This document shows positions 50,641-61,523 of a DNA stretch of 64,000 bases, piece by piece; within the stretch, counting starts at the first letter, position 1, and every line of letters begins with the position of its first letter. The stretch spans positions 384,001 to 448,000 of the forward strand of contig BK006945.2 in the NCBI GenBank assembly GCA_000146045.2, read 5' to 3'. The translations under genes and the position numbers were made by a program. This stretch comes from TPA_inf: Saccharomyces. Taxonomy: Eukaryota. The notes beneath the pieces were generated by a model. It had not been told where the DNA came from. It did no database searches and was given only the letters and a program-made list of their open reading frames with translations.

Positions 50641-53397
50641 ATGATAAAAACACGTATAGAGGAAGTTCAGTTACAATTCCTCACAGGGAATACCGAACTT
50701 ACGCATTTGAAAGTCTCCAATGATCAACTTATAGTAACGACACAACGGACAATTTACAGAATAAATTTACAAGATCCGGCCATCGTCAATCACTTTGACT
50801 GTCCATTAAGCAAGGAACTAGAAACTATAATGAATGTTCATGTTTCACCAATGGGTAGTGTCATTCTTATTCGAACCAACTTTGGCCGGTATATGTTGCT
50901 AAAGGATGGCGAATTCACTCAATTGAACAAAATAAAAAATCTCGACCTCAGCTCGCTACATTGGATCAACGAAACCACCTTTCTGATGGGAATCAAGAAG
51001 ACGCCCAAGTTGTACCGAGTTGAATTGACAGGAAAGGATATAACCACGAAGCTATGGTATGAAAACAAGAAACTCTCTGGTGGAATTGATGGCATTGCGT
51101 ATTGGGAGGGCTCTCTGCTATTAACTATAAAAGACAACATTTTATACTGGAGAGACGTGACAAATATGAAATTTCCTTTAGTATTACCAGATGAATCTGA
51201 GCAATTTGAAAGGTTAAAACATCATGCGATAAAGAAATTCGATTCGTACAATGGACTCTTTGCTTGGGTCACATCCAATGGAATTGTCTTTGGTGATTTA
51301 AAAGAAAAGCAAATGGAAAAAGATCCTGCTTCTAATAATTTTGGAAAATTCCTATCTTCGTCGAAGGTTCTACTCAATTTCGAACTGCCTGACTACCAGA
51401 ATGATAAAGATCACCTCATCAAGGATATAGTTTTGACTGCTTTCCACATCCTGCTTTTGAGAAAAAATACGGTAACAATGGTGAGTCAATTAAATAACGA
51501 CGTAGTGTTTCATGAAACTATACCGAGACACCAGTTGACTGGCTCCAACACTGATAGTAATGAGAAATTTTTAGGCCTAGTAAGAGATTCGGTGAAAGAA
51601 ACGTTTTGGTGTTTCTCAAACATCAACGTCTTTGAAATTATTATCGAAAATGAGCCTAATTCGGTATGGAATTTATTAGTTCGGGATAACAAATTTGACA
51701 AGGCCCTATCGTTGAAAGGCTTGACGGTGAGGGAAATAGAATCTGTAAAACTTTCAAAGGCAATGTACCTTTTCCACACTGCTAAAGATTTTCATTCCGC
51801 GGCTCAAACTTTGGGAAGCATGAAGGACTTGTCACACTTTGGGGAAATCGCATTGAATTTTCTCCAAATAAAAGATTACAACGATTTGAACGTAATATTG
51901 ATAAAACAGTTGGATAACGTTCCCTGGAAATCAACTCAAGTCGTCTTGTCGAGTTGGATTATTTGGAATTTTATGAAACAATTGAATGATATTGAATTAA
52001 AGATAAACACAACTAAGCCAGCTTCTACTGATGAAGACAATTTGCTAAACTGGAACCTGAATCTCAAGGAGAAATCGAATGAACTAACGAAATTTTTGGA
52101 AAGCCATCTAGAAAAACTTGATAATGAAACCGTTTATCAAATAATGTCCAAACAAAACCGGCAAAACGAATTATTGATTTTTGCTAGTCTAATCAACGAT
52201 ATGAAGTTTTTATTATCATTTTGGATTGACCAAGGAAATTGGTATGAGTCCTTGAAAATTCTGCTTACAATAAATAACCATGACCTAGTCTATAAGTACT
52301 CTTTGATTCTCTTATTGAATTCACCAGAGGCTACTGTGTCAACGTGGATGAAAATCAAAGACTTGGATCCAAATAAGTTAATTCCAACAATTTTAAAATT
52401 TTTCACAAATTGGCAAAATAATTCTAAACTGATTACTAACATATCAGAATATCCTGAAAATTACTCACTGACATATTTGAAATGGTGCGTTAGAGAAGTC
52501 CCAAAAATGTGTAATCCAATAGTGTACAATTCTATCCTTTACATGATGATTACTGATCCGAGAAACGATATGATACTAGAAAATGATATAATCAAATTCA
52601 TGAAATCAAACGAAAACAAATATGATCTTAATTTCCAGTTACGGTTGTCTTTAAAATTCAAGAAAACTAAGACCTCGATTTTCCTTTTAACACGTTTAAA
52701 CTTATTCGAGGATGCCATTGACTTGGCATTGAAAAATAACTTGATTGATGATTGTAAGGTAATTGTGAATGACGAGATTCTTATAGAGGATTATAAATTA
52801 AGGAAAAGATTATGGCTGAAAATTGCAAAACACTTATTACTTTCAATGAAAGACATAGATATAAAGCAATTAATTCGAACGATTTTAAATGATTCCAACG
52901 AAATTTTAACGATTAAGGATCTTTTGCCATTTTTTAATGAGTATACTACAATTGCTAACTTGAAAGAAGAACTGATCAAGTTTTTAGAGAATCACAACAT
53001 GAAAATGAATGAGATTTCAGAAGACATAATAAACTCCAAGAATTTGAAGGTGGAAATAAACACAGAAATTTCTAAATTTAATGAGATTTACAGGATACTA
53101 GAGCCAGGTAAGTCTTGTGATGAATGTGGTAAATTTCTACAGATCAAAAAGTTCATTGTTTTCCCCTGTGGCCACTGTTTTCACTGGAACTGTATAATCA
53201 GGGTAATACTGAACTCAAATGATTATAACTTGAGGCAGAAGACGGAAAACTTCTTAAAGGCCAAAAGTAAGCATAATTTGAATGATTTAGAAAATATCAT
53301 TGTAGAGAAATGTGGATTGTGCAGTGATATCAACATCAATAAAATTGATCAGCCAATATCTATTGATGAAACAGAATTAGCCAAATGGAATGAATAG
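50641..53397 (+). CDS. PEP3: Vps18 subunit of the HOPS/CORVET core, with a C-terminal RING-H2.
   Basis: 918 aa. The C-terminal RING reads CDECGKFLQIKKFIVFPCGHCFHWNCI...CGLCSD, preceded by clathrin-heavy-chain-like repeats. Confidence 0.85.
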   Translation: MIKTRIEEVQLQFLTGNTELTHLKVSNDQLIVTTQRTIYRINLQDPAIVNHFDCPLSKELETIMNVHVSPMGSVILIRTNFGRYMLLKDGEFTQLNKIKNLDLSSLHWINETTFLMGIKKTPKLYRVELTGKDITTKLWYENKKLSGGIDGIAYWEGSLLLTIKDNILYWRDVTNMKFPLVLPDESEQFERLKHHAIKKFDSYNGLFAWVTSNGIVFGDLKEKQMEKDPASNNFGKFLSSSKVLLNFELPDYQNDKDHLIKDIVLTAFHILLLRKNTVTMVSQLNNDVVFHETIPRHQLTGSNTDSNEKFLGLVRDSVKETFWCFSNINVFEIIIENEPNSVWNLLVRDNKFDKALSLKGLTVREIESVKLSKAMYLFHTAKDFHSAAQTLGSMKDLSHFGEIALNFLQIKDYNDLNVILIKQLDNVPWKSTQVVLSSWIIWNFMKQLNDIELKINTTKPASTDEDNLLNWNLNLKEKSNELTKFLESHLEKLDNETVYQIMSKQNRQNELLIFASLINDMKFLLSFWIDQGNWYESLKILLTINNHDLVYKYSLILLLNSPEATVSTWMKIKDLDPNKLIPTILKFFTNWQNNSKLITNISEYPENYSLTYLKWCVREVPKMCNPIVYNSILYMMITDPRNDMILENDIIKFMKSNENKYDLNFQLRLSLKFKKTKTSIFLLTRLNLFEDAIDLALKNNLIDDCKVIVNDEILIEDYKLRKRLWLKIAKHLLLSMKDIDIKQLIRTILNDSNEILTIKDLLPFFNEYTTIANLKEELIKFLENHNMKMNEISEDIINSKNLKVEINTEISKFNEIYRILEPGKSCDECGKFLQIKKFIVFPCGHCFHWNCIIRVILNSNDYNLRQKTENFLKAKSKHNLNDLENIIVEKCGLCSDININKIDQPISIDETELAKWNE

Positions 53398-53630
53398 TAG
53401 TATTCTTTTTTAGTCAGGCTGAAACACTGAAATTAAAAGAGGGAAGATAAATATCATTACTATTATCTGACTAAAATATGTGTCGAGTATTTACTTACCT
53501 AAATAGCCAAGAAGTAAAAAAAATGCGTATCAAAAATGAATAAAACGTAAAATTATCGGGGAAAAACCTTGTATTTTCAAAGAGTAATAAAACGGGTGAA
53601 TTAAAATCACAATATATGTATGGCTGAAGT

Positions 53631-55823
53631 TCAACATAAGTCATAACTAGAGAAACTTCTTCTTGCCCATGAGTTAATATTCCACCTCATAATTCCGTAA
53701 TCTGTACCAATAATCAAGGAGCTCCCATTCCTATCTTCAACCCAATCGATACCTGATATATTGTTTTCTTCTGAGAATTCGTTACTTTCCTGAGTTGTAA
53801 TCACTGGTCTTCTCAAAAAATTGGATGTGCCTCTATTATTCCTACTATTTGCAGCAAAATTGTCATCATCTGACGGTAAGTCTGGCGTTGAAGGTGGTCT
53901 GAGAAAACTTTCAAAAGCTCTTGCGGAAACACCATGATAGTCTGAAGAAACACGATACGTTGAGTGAACATCATTGTAAGCTTCATAATATTCATCATCT
54001 TCAAAAACATCATTACTAGCTTGCTGGTGAGAAAGTATTAAGGGGTCAATTAAATTTTGAGGTGCGGAATTTGACGACGAAGTTGCGATAGAATCAGCAG
54101 CAGGTGTGCCAAGACTTGCGTTAACATTGTTATTAGAATAATCGGCGGTTGGTGCCGAAGTCGATACTCTCCTTACCCTGAATGAACATCGTCTCTTGTA
54201 TGGATGAGCTACGTCACTTGATGAACTACCTTTCGTAGAAAACAGAACCGATTCGTTACTAATTTTATCCATAACTTTCGGAAAAGGTAGAATTTGCGGC
54301 TCCAAATACTTTTTTGGGATTCTTTGAGCCATAGTTATCCATGGTTCTGTGGTTACATTTGGCATAGAGGGCAGCGAAAATCTTCTTCTTGATAAAGACC
54401 GATAATCCGCCCCTTGTAATTCATTTTTGCTATCATTACTTTCGTTTTCGTTGTTATTATTTGTGGTGAAATTATGATTTGTATTATGCTTCCGTTCGTT
54501 TATATATTCCATATTAACTTTATCAGGAATAACAATAACTTGGTGGTTAACGTAGTTTCTTGTATCTACAACGTGTACTCTGCCCTGATGTTCAGAAATG
54601 AATAATAAATCATCTAGGCCATAACTGAACCTACAGACTCTAAATGCACCGTTGTGGGAATGTGGTCTAGTCGAACTAATTTCTGCCATGGGAGTAGCCA
54701 TGTTTCTGATATCATAAATTGCGCAAGTACCATTTTGAAATACCGTCGCAAATTGCAAGTCGTTTTCGGAAAAAGAGTTATAAAACCCATGGTCTGAATT
54801 TGGAGCTTCATATATGTTTTCGATATATTCTGATTCATCAGGTAACGCAAACCGTGGTATCCGTCTAACACGATTGACAGAACTACCCCAGGAAGGATGA
54901 TTATCGTAATGTAAGGAGAATTGGTTGGTTAATTCATTTTGATTGTAAACAGCAAATTTATTAGAATCGCCAGACACTACCATCGTTTGACCATCATGTG
55001 ACAAAGAAGCGTTATTCAAAGGAAATTTTAAATCCGCATAACGCTTCACTAGTGTTACATCTCTATTACTTACATCGCATTGGTAAAGATGACCATCATT
55101 GTTGCATGCAAAAAGATCAAACTGCATACTGGCCCTGTCATAAAGTGTGACACAATTATTGATGAACTGGCCCAACGTAAAAGTCATCATTGTGTCCGTT
55201 TCTTGATTATAAAACTCCACGATGCCCTTCCAGATATTAGGATTTGAATAATGTGAATTTATAGGGAAACTAATATTTTTGGAAATATTAATCGGTTGGG
55301 AAGGTGGCGGCAACGAAATATTTGCATCTTGAGCTAAACGGTTCCAATTAGAAGGGAATCCCTTATCATCAGAACCGATTAGACCACCACAAACAGTCAA
55401 CCCATTTAATTCCGTGAAACATCTCGGCTTAAAGTTGAACTCTACCAGTTTCTCGGAAGGAACATGTAAATTTTTGGAGATATACGAGCCCGTTGTCCTA
55501 GAACCTTTTGTAGACGTTTTTTCAGTAGAGTTTTTACCACTGTTACTCGGTTGAATAGAATTATGTCGCCTTACTGGAGACCTCAATACGGAAGAATCCG
55601 TATCTAGTACTCTTATCGAATGATCGTAAATATAATACAGTTTACTCTGGTTCATGGAGCCTGGTTTGATACAATCCCGCAACTGCCAATGGTTTATGGA
55701 GACCTTGGCATCGTAGAGTTCTAAAGCAGGCATCATATAGTTTTGGTAAACCTTATCAGAGCCAGTATTTAACCGTTCATCTTGCAGCGCCTCCTTAGAT
55801 TGCCCCGTGCCATCAATGGTCAT
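53631..55823 (-). CDS. GID11: WD40-repeat protein (YLR149C), a substrate receptor of the GID ubiquitin ligase.
   Basis: 730 aa with WD40-like blades interrupted by an Asn-rich low-complexity insert (TNHNFTTNNNNENESNDSKNE). Confidence 0.7.
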   Translation of the reverse strand: MTIDGTGQSKEALQDERLNTGSDKVYQNYMMPALELYDAKVSINHWQLRDCIKPGSMNQSKLYYIYDHSIRVLDTDSSVLRSPVRRHNSIQPSNSGKNSTEKTSTKGSRTTGSYISKNLHVPSEKLVEFNFKPRCFTELNGLTVCGGLIGSDDKGFPSNWNRLAQDANISLPPPSQPINISKNISFPINSHYSNPNIWKGIVEFYNQETDTMMTFTLGQFINNCVTLYDRASMQFDLFACNNDGHLYQCDVSNRDVTLVKRYADLKFPLNNASLSHDGQTMVVSGDSNKFAVYNQNELTNQFSLHYDNHPSWGSSVNRVRRIPRFALPDESEYIENIYEAPNSDHGFYNSFSENDLQFATVFQNGTCAIYDIRNMATPMAEISSTRPHSHNGAFRVCRFSYGLDDLLFISEHQGRVHVVDTRNYVNHQVIVIPDKVNMEYINERKHNTNHNFTTNNNNENESNDSKNELQGADYRSLSRRRFSLPSMPNVTTEPWITMAQRIPKKYLEPQILPFPKVMDKISNESVLFSTKGSSSSDVAHPYKRRCSFRVRRVSTSAPTADYSNNNVNASLGTPAADSIATSSSNSAPQNLIDPLILSHQQASNDVFEDDEYYEAYNDVHSTYRVSSDYHGVSARAFESFLRPPSTPDLPSDDDNFAANSRNNRGTSNFLRRPVITTQESNEFSEENNISGIDWVEDRNGSSLIIGTDYGIMRWNINSWARRSFSSYDLC

Positions 55824-56466
55824 TCTTTAACACGTATACTTTTGTAACTTATTGCTGTTTTTCTACCACTTTATTCGATCTTACTTGTCGTTGCTTAATC
55901 AGCAAAAGTTTTGTACTAGAATAAAGTTGTAATAGGCTTTTAATCCAGAGTCTCCTCCTCCTCACTTTCTGATCATCACCCCTTATTGCCTCAGAAAAGA
56001 GATCATACTCCGCTTTAAAGCCGTTCAATGTCACGTGACACAAAGTTGTAGCCGTATAACATATGGCGCTACCATGTTGTTATTTAGACGGGTAACATCA
56101 CCGTTTAGAAAGATAAAGGAAAGTGAAATTATTGGAATGGAAAGTGTTCCCAAAAGTTCGCACCAACGCAAAAAGAAATTTTTTTTTCAATTTTGATATC
56201 ATCGTTGCGTAGAGGAAGCCCTAACTGAGTAGAGAAATTATATGGTATTTTCCTTGTAATATTTGATTTTGAGTCGATATCCCCTTTGTTCTTCTTCCTT
56301 CCTTCGCTTGTTTTAGTTGTATACTTGGTTTATTGTGGAAGATTTTTTTTTCTGCTTCGTAGTTTTAAATTAGAAGTTATTTCTTTGCAAATTTCTCTTC
56401 CCCCCACAGTATTCTTTTAGAGGTGAAGTAGAAATAAACCAAGAAAGCATACACATTTTATTCTCA

Positions 56467-57288
56467 ATGTCCAACCCATTTGATTTGTTAGGTAACGACG
56501 TCGAAGACGCTGACGTTGTCGTTTTGCCACCAAAGGAAATCGTCAAGAGCAACACTTCCTCCAAGAAGGCTGACGTCCCACCTCCATCCGCTGACCCATC
56601 CAAGGCTAGAAAGAACAGACCAAGACCTTCTGGTAACGAGGGTGCTATCAGAGACAAGACCGCTGGTAGAAGAAACAACAGATCAAAGGATGTCACTGAC
56701 TCTGCCACCACCAAGAAGTCCAACACCAGAAGGGCCACTGACCGCCACTCTAGAACTGGTAAGACTGACACCAAGAAGAAGGTTAACCAAGGTTGGGGTG
56801 ATGACAAGAAGGAATTGAGTGCTGAAAAGGAAGCTCAAGCCGATGCTGCTGCTGAAATTGCTGAAGACGCTGCAGAAGCTGAAGACGCTGGTAAGCCAAA
56901 GACCGCTCAATTGTCTTTGCAAGACTACTTGAACCAACAAGCTAACAACCAGTTCAACAAGGTCCCAGAAGCTAAGAAGGTTGAATTAGACGCTGAAAGA
57001 ATTGAAACTGCTGAAAAGGAAGCTTACGTTCCAGCAACCAAGGTCAAGAACGTCAAATCTAAGCAATTGAAGACCAAGGAGTACTTGGAATTTGATGCCA
57101 CTTTTGTTGAATCTAACACTAGAAAGAACTTCGGTGACAGAAACAACAACAGCAGAAACAACTTCAACAACCGTCGTGGTGGTAGAGGCGCTAGAAAGGG
57201 TAACAACACTGCTAACGCTACTAACTCTGCTAACACCGTTCAAAAGAACCGTAACATTGACGTTTCTAACTTGCCATCTTTGGCTTAA
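56467..57288 (+). CDS. STM1: Ribosome preservation / clamping factor (binds G-quadruplex and purine-motif nucleic acids).
   Basis: 273 aa, strongly basic and disordered, with an RGG-like C-terminus (NNRRGGRGARKGNN). It shows very strong codon bias. Confidence 0.85.
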   Translation: MSNPFDLLGNDVEDADVVVLPPKEIVKSNTSSKKADVPPPSADPSKARKNRPRPSGNEGAIRDKTAGRRNNRSKDVTDSATTKKSNTRRATDRHSRTGKTDTKKKVNQGWGDDKKELSAEKEAQADAAAEIAEDAAEAEDAGKPKTAQLSLQDYLNQQANNQFNKVPEAKKVELDAERIETAEKEAYVPATKVKNVKSKQLKTKEYLEFDATFVESNTRKNFGDRNNNSRNNFNNRRGGRGARKGNNTANATNSANTVQKNRNIDVSNLPSLA

Positions 57289-57714
57289 GCCTTATATATG
57301 AATAATTCCAACTGAAAGAATCCAATAACAGTGTTCTACTTTCTGTTTCTATTACTATTATTATTTTAATTGGTTATTTACTATATAATTTGCAAGTGAA
57401 GATGATCATGCTGGCAAACCAAAGAATAAAATTGGGTTGACATCCAATCGAGAATATGACATATCATTTTGTTTTATTTAAGCAATAAAAAATAAATGAC
57501 TTTTAATTTACTTTTCAATTTTCTTTTTTTTTTTTTCACTTCTGAGATGTGCAAGCGTGTAGTTTGTTTGTATTTGTATAACAATTTCATCATTAGTCAT
57601 TCTTCATTAAAAACTTTTTGTTATCGATTAAGGACATCCAGTATGATTCTTTTTCTCTCATCTTGATTATCTCTTGAGAGTATTGTTAGGCAACGCATTA
57701 TACCACAGTTTTTT

Positions 57715-58737
57715 TTACCAAAGCGAGCGGCACTCCAGCAGGTGCTTCATGTAGTATTCAGGTATCACATCGCTATATTTTAAGTTTCTGTCGCCGTTGA
57801 TCATTCCTATCTCCCATTCACTTCTTCCGTTCGGTTGCATCTGATTACCATAGTCATGTAGTCCAACTATCAAATCTTCGTGCCCTAGTTCTCCTTTTAA
57901 CTTTTCGTCCATTAGTCCATTAGCTATACATGAAACGTCGAATAATATTTTACATGTGAGTCCCCACAAATCCCTGAATCTGAAAATACCTCCATCAACA
58001 CCGTCTTCGTCTGAACTTGATAAATCCTCTATGGTTTGCAACCATGGCATTTCGTTATTATTTGCTACGTGAAAATGATAATGCATAATCAACCATTTTA
58101 TTCCACCCCAATTAAGCTTATACTCCTTCCGCTCAAAATATTCTGCTTGATAACTCTTAACATCCTCATCGGCTTCAGGAAGAAGATGTATAACTAAGTC
58201 ATTGAGTGGTACAGAAAACAAAGAAGATGTTTCTCCAGGGTTCAGCTTACCAAAAAACTTACGGATATCTAAGGGAACTTTGTATTTATCCTCATGTTTT
58301 TCTAATTTATCTTTGTAAAGAAAACAGACCATTGGCTTAACACTTAAAAATGTTCTTGATAAATAGCATGGCATATCCATGACCAAATTGTCTAATTTCA
58401 TTCCGAACTCCTTATGCAAGACCTCAGGATCATGCGGTAACCCAATCTCCTCTTCAGCTTCTCTTCTGGCTACGCTTTCAAAGGTTTCTTGAAAATAATC
58501 AGCTTTACCTCCAGGAAATGAAACATCACCTGAGAAGCTTCTCAATGTTCTTGAACGTTTAGTTAAAAGCACTCGTAGTTCGCCTTTCATTCCAATGAAT
58601 AATAGTATTATTACCGCCGAATTTCTTTTGAAAGGCCATATTGAGCTCCGAGTATATGGTGTTTTATGAAATTTGTATCTTATCAAGTTCTCTATTAGTT
58701 GCTTTGAACTCAGCATCCTCCTCTGACTTAATATCAT
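57715..58737 (-). CDS. PCD1: Peroxisomal Nudix coenzyme A diphosphatase.
   Basis: 340 aa with the Nudix box GGKADYFQETFESVARREAEEEIGL and an upstream CoA-binding-type motif. Confidence 0.85.
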   Translation of the reverse strand: MILSQRRMLSSKQLIENLIRYKFHKTPYTRSSIWPFKRNSAVIILLFIGMKGELRVLLTKRSRTLRSFSGDVSFPGGKADYFQETFESVARREAEEEIGLPHDPEVLHKEFGMKLDNLVMDMPCYLSRTFLSVKPMVCFLYKDKLEKHEDKYKVPLDIRKFFGKLNPGETSSLFSVPLNDLVIHLLPEADEDVKSYQAEYFERKEYKLNWGGIKWLIMHYHFHVANNNEMPWLQTIEDLSSSDEDGVDGGIFRFRDLWGLTCKILFDVSCIANGLMDEKLKGELGHEDLIVGLHDYGNQMQPNGRSEWEIGMINGDRNLKYSDVIPEYYMKHLLECRSLW

Positions 58738-58957
58738 TACAGCTTTTCTGTTACATGTGTGATTCTCTTCAAATCTACAATATTATTATTGAATTGTTAT
58801 AAATATACTTACGCGGATCCCCCCCCACAACCCTACCCCAAAAAATAAATACAACGAATAAATACGCGATTGGAATTCATCGCTACTTTTGAAAAAACAG
58901 AATATATAAGTTGATAATAAGCTACTCTTGTATATACCTATTCGCCTAGGGATATAA

Positions 58958-60688
58958 TCAAACTTTTAAATCGACCTTTAAGGTATATGTAACAACAAAC
59001 GCCACAGTGATGAAAAGAATCGCATACTGCATGACAAATAAGACGGACAAACAGTTCATTTGAATGTGATCACCACATGCTGGCGTATAAAATGCTGTGA
59101 AATATACTTGAGCAGTAGCACTCGGCATGGACCACGTTAATATCATGTCAAATTTTCCTATGCCCGTATCCAGCCAATCGATCGAATATAGTTTATTTAC
59201 CCATAGGACGCCAATAATAGGAATGACAATTAATCGAAAGCATGTCATCAATAAGGCGGATTTAATAAATCCAGGTGGCAATGACTTAATTTCTAATCTT
59301 GCCAACGTTCCGCCAAGTAATAGAAGCCCCAATGGAACACATGCATTTCCAATATACTCTGTAAAATCCATTAAAAAATTCAGAACAGGTTCTCCATCAG
59401 GCGCCTTATGAACGTGAACATATGTCGTTACGAAGCATGCTTTAACCCAGGGAATTAATGCACATATTATTCCTAGTATTGCCCCCAGAGATGCTGGCCT
59501 GAGGCAATTTATAATAAAGTACTGCAACCATTTGAGATTGTGTCTCTCTATAAAGAAGGAGAGGCTACCCCTCCCGTCGGTGGCCATATTAGTGCAATTT
59601 TCTTCTTCGATGGAACTTTCATCGGTATAACCAGTGTGCACATTACCAATACTTGCGTTCCTGCTTCCAACTTCTTCAGTCAAGGATAGTGGTCTTGATA
59701 AATCTAATTCACCTTGCCTTATTTTTTCGGCGGCACTGTATTTGGAAATCAACTCATTCATATCCGCTTTCCTTTTTCTTCTATAACTTCTGCCATCGCT
59801 ATTTTTTGATATACGACTATATGAGAGGGAACTGCCATCTATTCGCGAGAACTCCAATGCGCCTGGGCTTGAATAAGTCGAGGAAACCCTATATATTTCA
59901 GCATGCGGAAGGTCACTTTCAAATTTATGGGATGCACCATTTGATTCTTTATAGGGTTTGATGTAGCCAGTAAAACCTTCGTAGAATGCCTGCGGTGTCA
60001 TTTCATTTGTAGTAATAGAGTTACAAGACAAATCGCTATTACTTCTCGCATCTTCCGATTGATAGGCATTTGTAGGACGTGTGATATTAGGTAACTTTGT
60101 TATTTCAGTAAGTTTGCGATCGTCGATAGCGGGACTTACTGACGGAGTAATATTCTCACTATCTGGTTCTTTTGTATCTCTAAAATCAAGTCCGACCACT
60201 CTCCACATTCCAAAATTCATCATTAGGAAACTTTGAATAAATAAAAAAATGCAGGAATAAGCAACACCTTTATCAGCTTCTTCAGCAGTAAAAATGGAGC
60301 CGTTACCCATGCTCTGAATATAGGCAATAGGTAAATCTGATATATTTGGAAAGAAACCCGCAAATATGAGCCCCCAGAAGAATTTTTTGGGCACAGTCGT
60401 AGCAAATGTAGTAAATAAGGCGCCCGTGGCACCTAAAACAAACAAGATAAAAGCTGAAAGTATTATCACTCCAATCTCCTTTATATCCCTCCATGAAATA
60501 TTGGACACAATTTTGTTGAAGGTCAAACAAGGCAAAATAGCGTTAACAACCATATTTGATATACCTTTCGCATTTTCCATGGAAACAATATCGAACTTAG
60601 CTACCAAATAGCCAACAAGCATAATGGTGTAAATTTTAAATATAGGTTTTAATGCAATGTAAATAGCGGCACCCAGAGAAAGGGACAT
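58958..60688 (-). CDS. Membrane transporter of the auxin-efflux-carrier (PIN-like/AEC) family, uncharacterised (YLR152C).
   Basis: 576 aa with N- and C-terminal five-TM bundles. They are separated by a ~220-aa Ser-rich hydrophilic loop, which is the PIN-like architecture. Confidence 0.75.
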   Translation of the reverse strand: MSLSLGAAIYIALKPIFKIYTIMLVGYLVAKFDIVSMENAKGISNMVVNAILPCLTFNKIVSNISWRDIKEIGVIILSAFILFVLGATGALFTTFATTVPKKFFWGLIFAGFFPNISDLPIAYIQSMGNGSIFTAEEADKGVAYSCIFLFIQSFLMMNFGMWRVVGLDFRDTKEPDSENITPSVSPAIDDRKLTEITKLPNITRPTNAYQSEDARSNSDLSCNSITTNEMTPQAFYEGFTGYIKPYKESNGASHKFESDLPHAEIYRVSSTYSSPGALEFSRIDGSSLSYSRISKNSDGRSYRRKRKADMNELISKYSAAEKIRQGELDLSRPLSLTEEVGSRNASIGNVHTGYTDESSIEEENCTNMATDGRGSLSFFIERHNLKWLQYFIINCLRPASLGAILGIICALIPWVKACFVTTYVHVHKAPDGEPVLNFLMDFTEYIGNACVPLGLLLLGGTLARLEIKSLPPGFIKSALLMTCFRLIVIPIIGVLWVNKLYSIDWLDTGIGKFDMILTWSMPSATAQVYFTAFYTPACGDHIQMNCLSVLFVMQYAILFITVAFVVTYTLKVDLKV

Positions 60689-61523
60689 CTTGGTTCATTT
60701 ATTGTAGTACTAGAAAATCGTTTCCACCATATAAAAATGATAGACCTTGATCAGACACATGTAGAATTACCGATAGAAGAAATACTATATGAGTACTGTA
60801 ACTTGTTTTACCTCTTATACGTTACACACTTTGATGTAAATATGACTCACCTTATGTACCAGACATTGACCCAAAAATACAGATATACAAAAGGTGAAAA
60901 AAGATATAGTAGTTCCTCGACGTATGCCTACGGGGAAAACAATATAGATGGAATTCTATAACACCGACAGTGATGTTTCTCCTGAAATTTGTGCCAAATA
61001 GCGCCGCGGAAAGTCGGCACATTTTGCAACATGGACTTCGGAGGTCTGATATCATCCCGTAACCTTCTCGTAATGCATCAGATTCTGGTCATGCTTGTTC
61101 AATATACATCCTACGTGCACAACGAACAATAGCTTTCTCGGTATCTTATTCGATTATCCCCGAAGTTTCTTGAAACGGCAATATCCTTTTACCCTATCCC
61201 GGGCGAAGAACCCCGTCACAGTGCATTACTTTATTCCCACTATAGGGATAACAGGGGCGATTGTGTACGAATAACTAGATTGTATTTAGATAACTAAGAT
61301 ATATGATAAGTGCGTAAAAATGGATATATCTATACATATATATCACTAAGTGCATAAAGTCTTTGTATTTTCGCTTTCCTAGCTGACCAGTAAAAGATCT
61401 TGTTTTTTAACTGATGGATAAATAGTAATTTATAACTGAATAGAGCAAAAGTTGGGAAAATAGAAAATAGAAAACAGAAAAGGAGCGAAATTTTATCTCA
61501 TTACGAAATTTTTCTCATTTAAG

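Noticed and set aside
56370-57301. Six overlapping ORFs on both strands across STM1.
   Set aside because: STM1 is repetitive and codon-biased (AAG/GCT/GAA-rich), which suppresses stops in the other frames. Only the + frame from 56467 gives a coherent basic protein.
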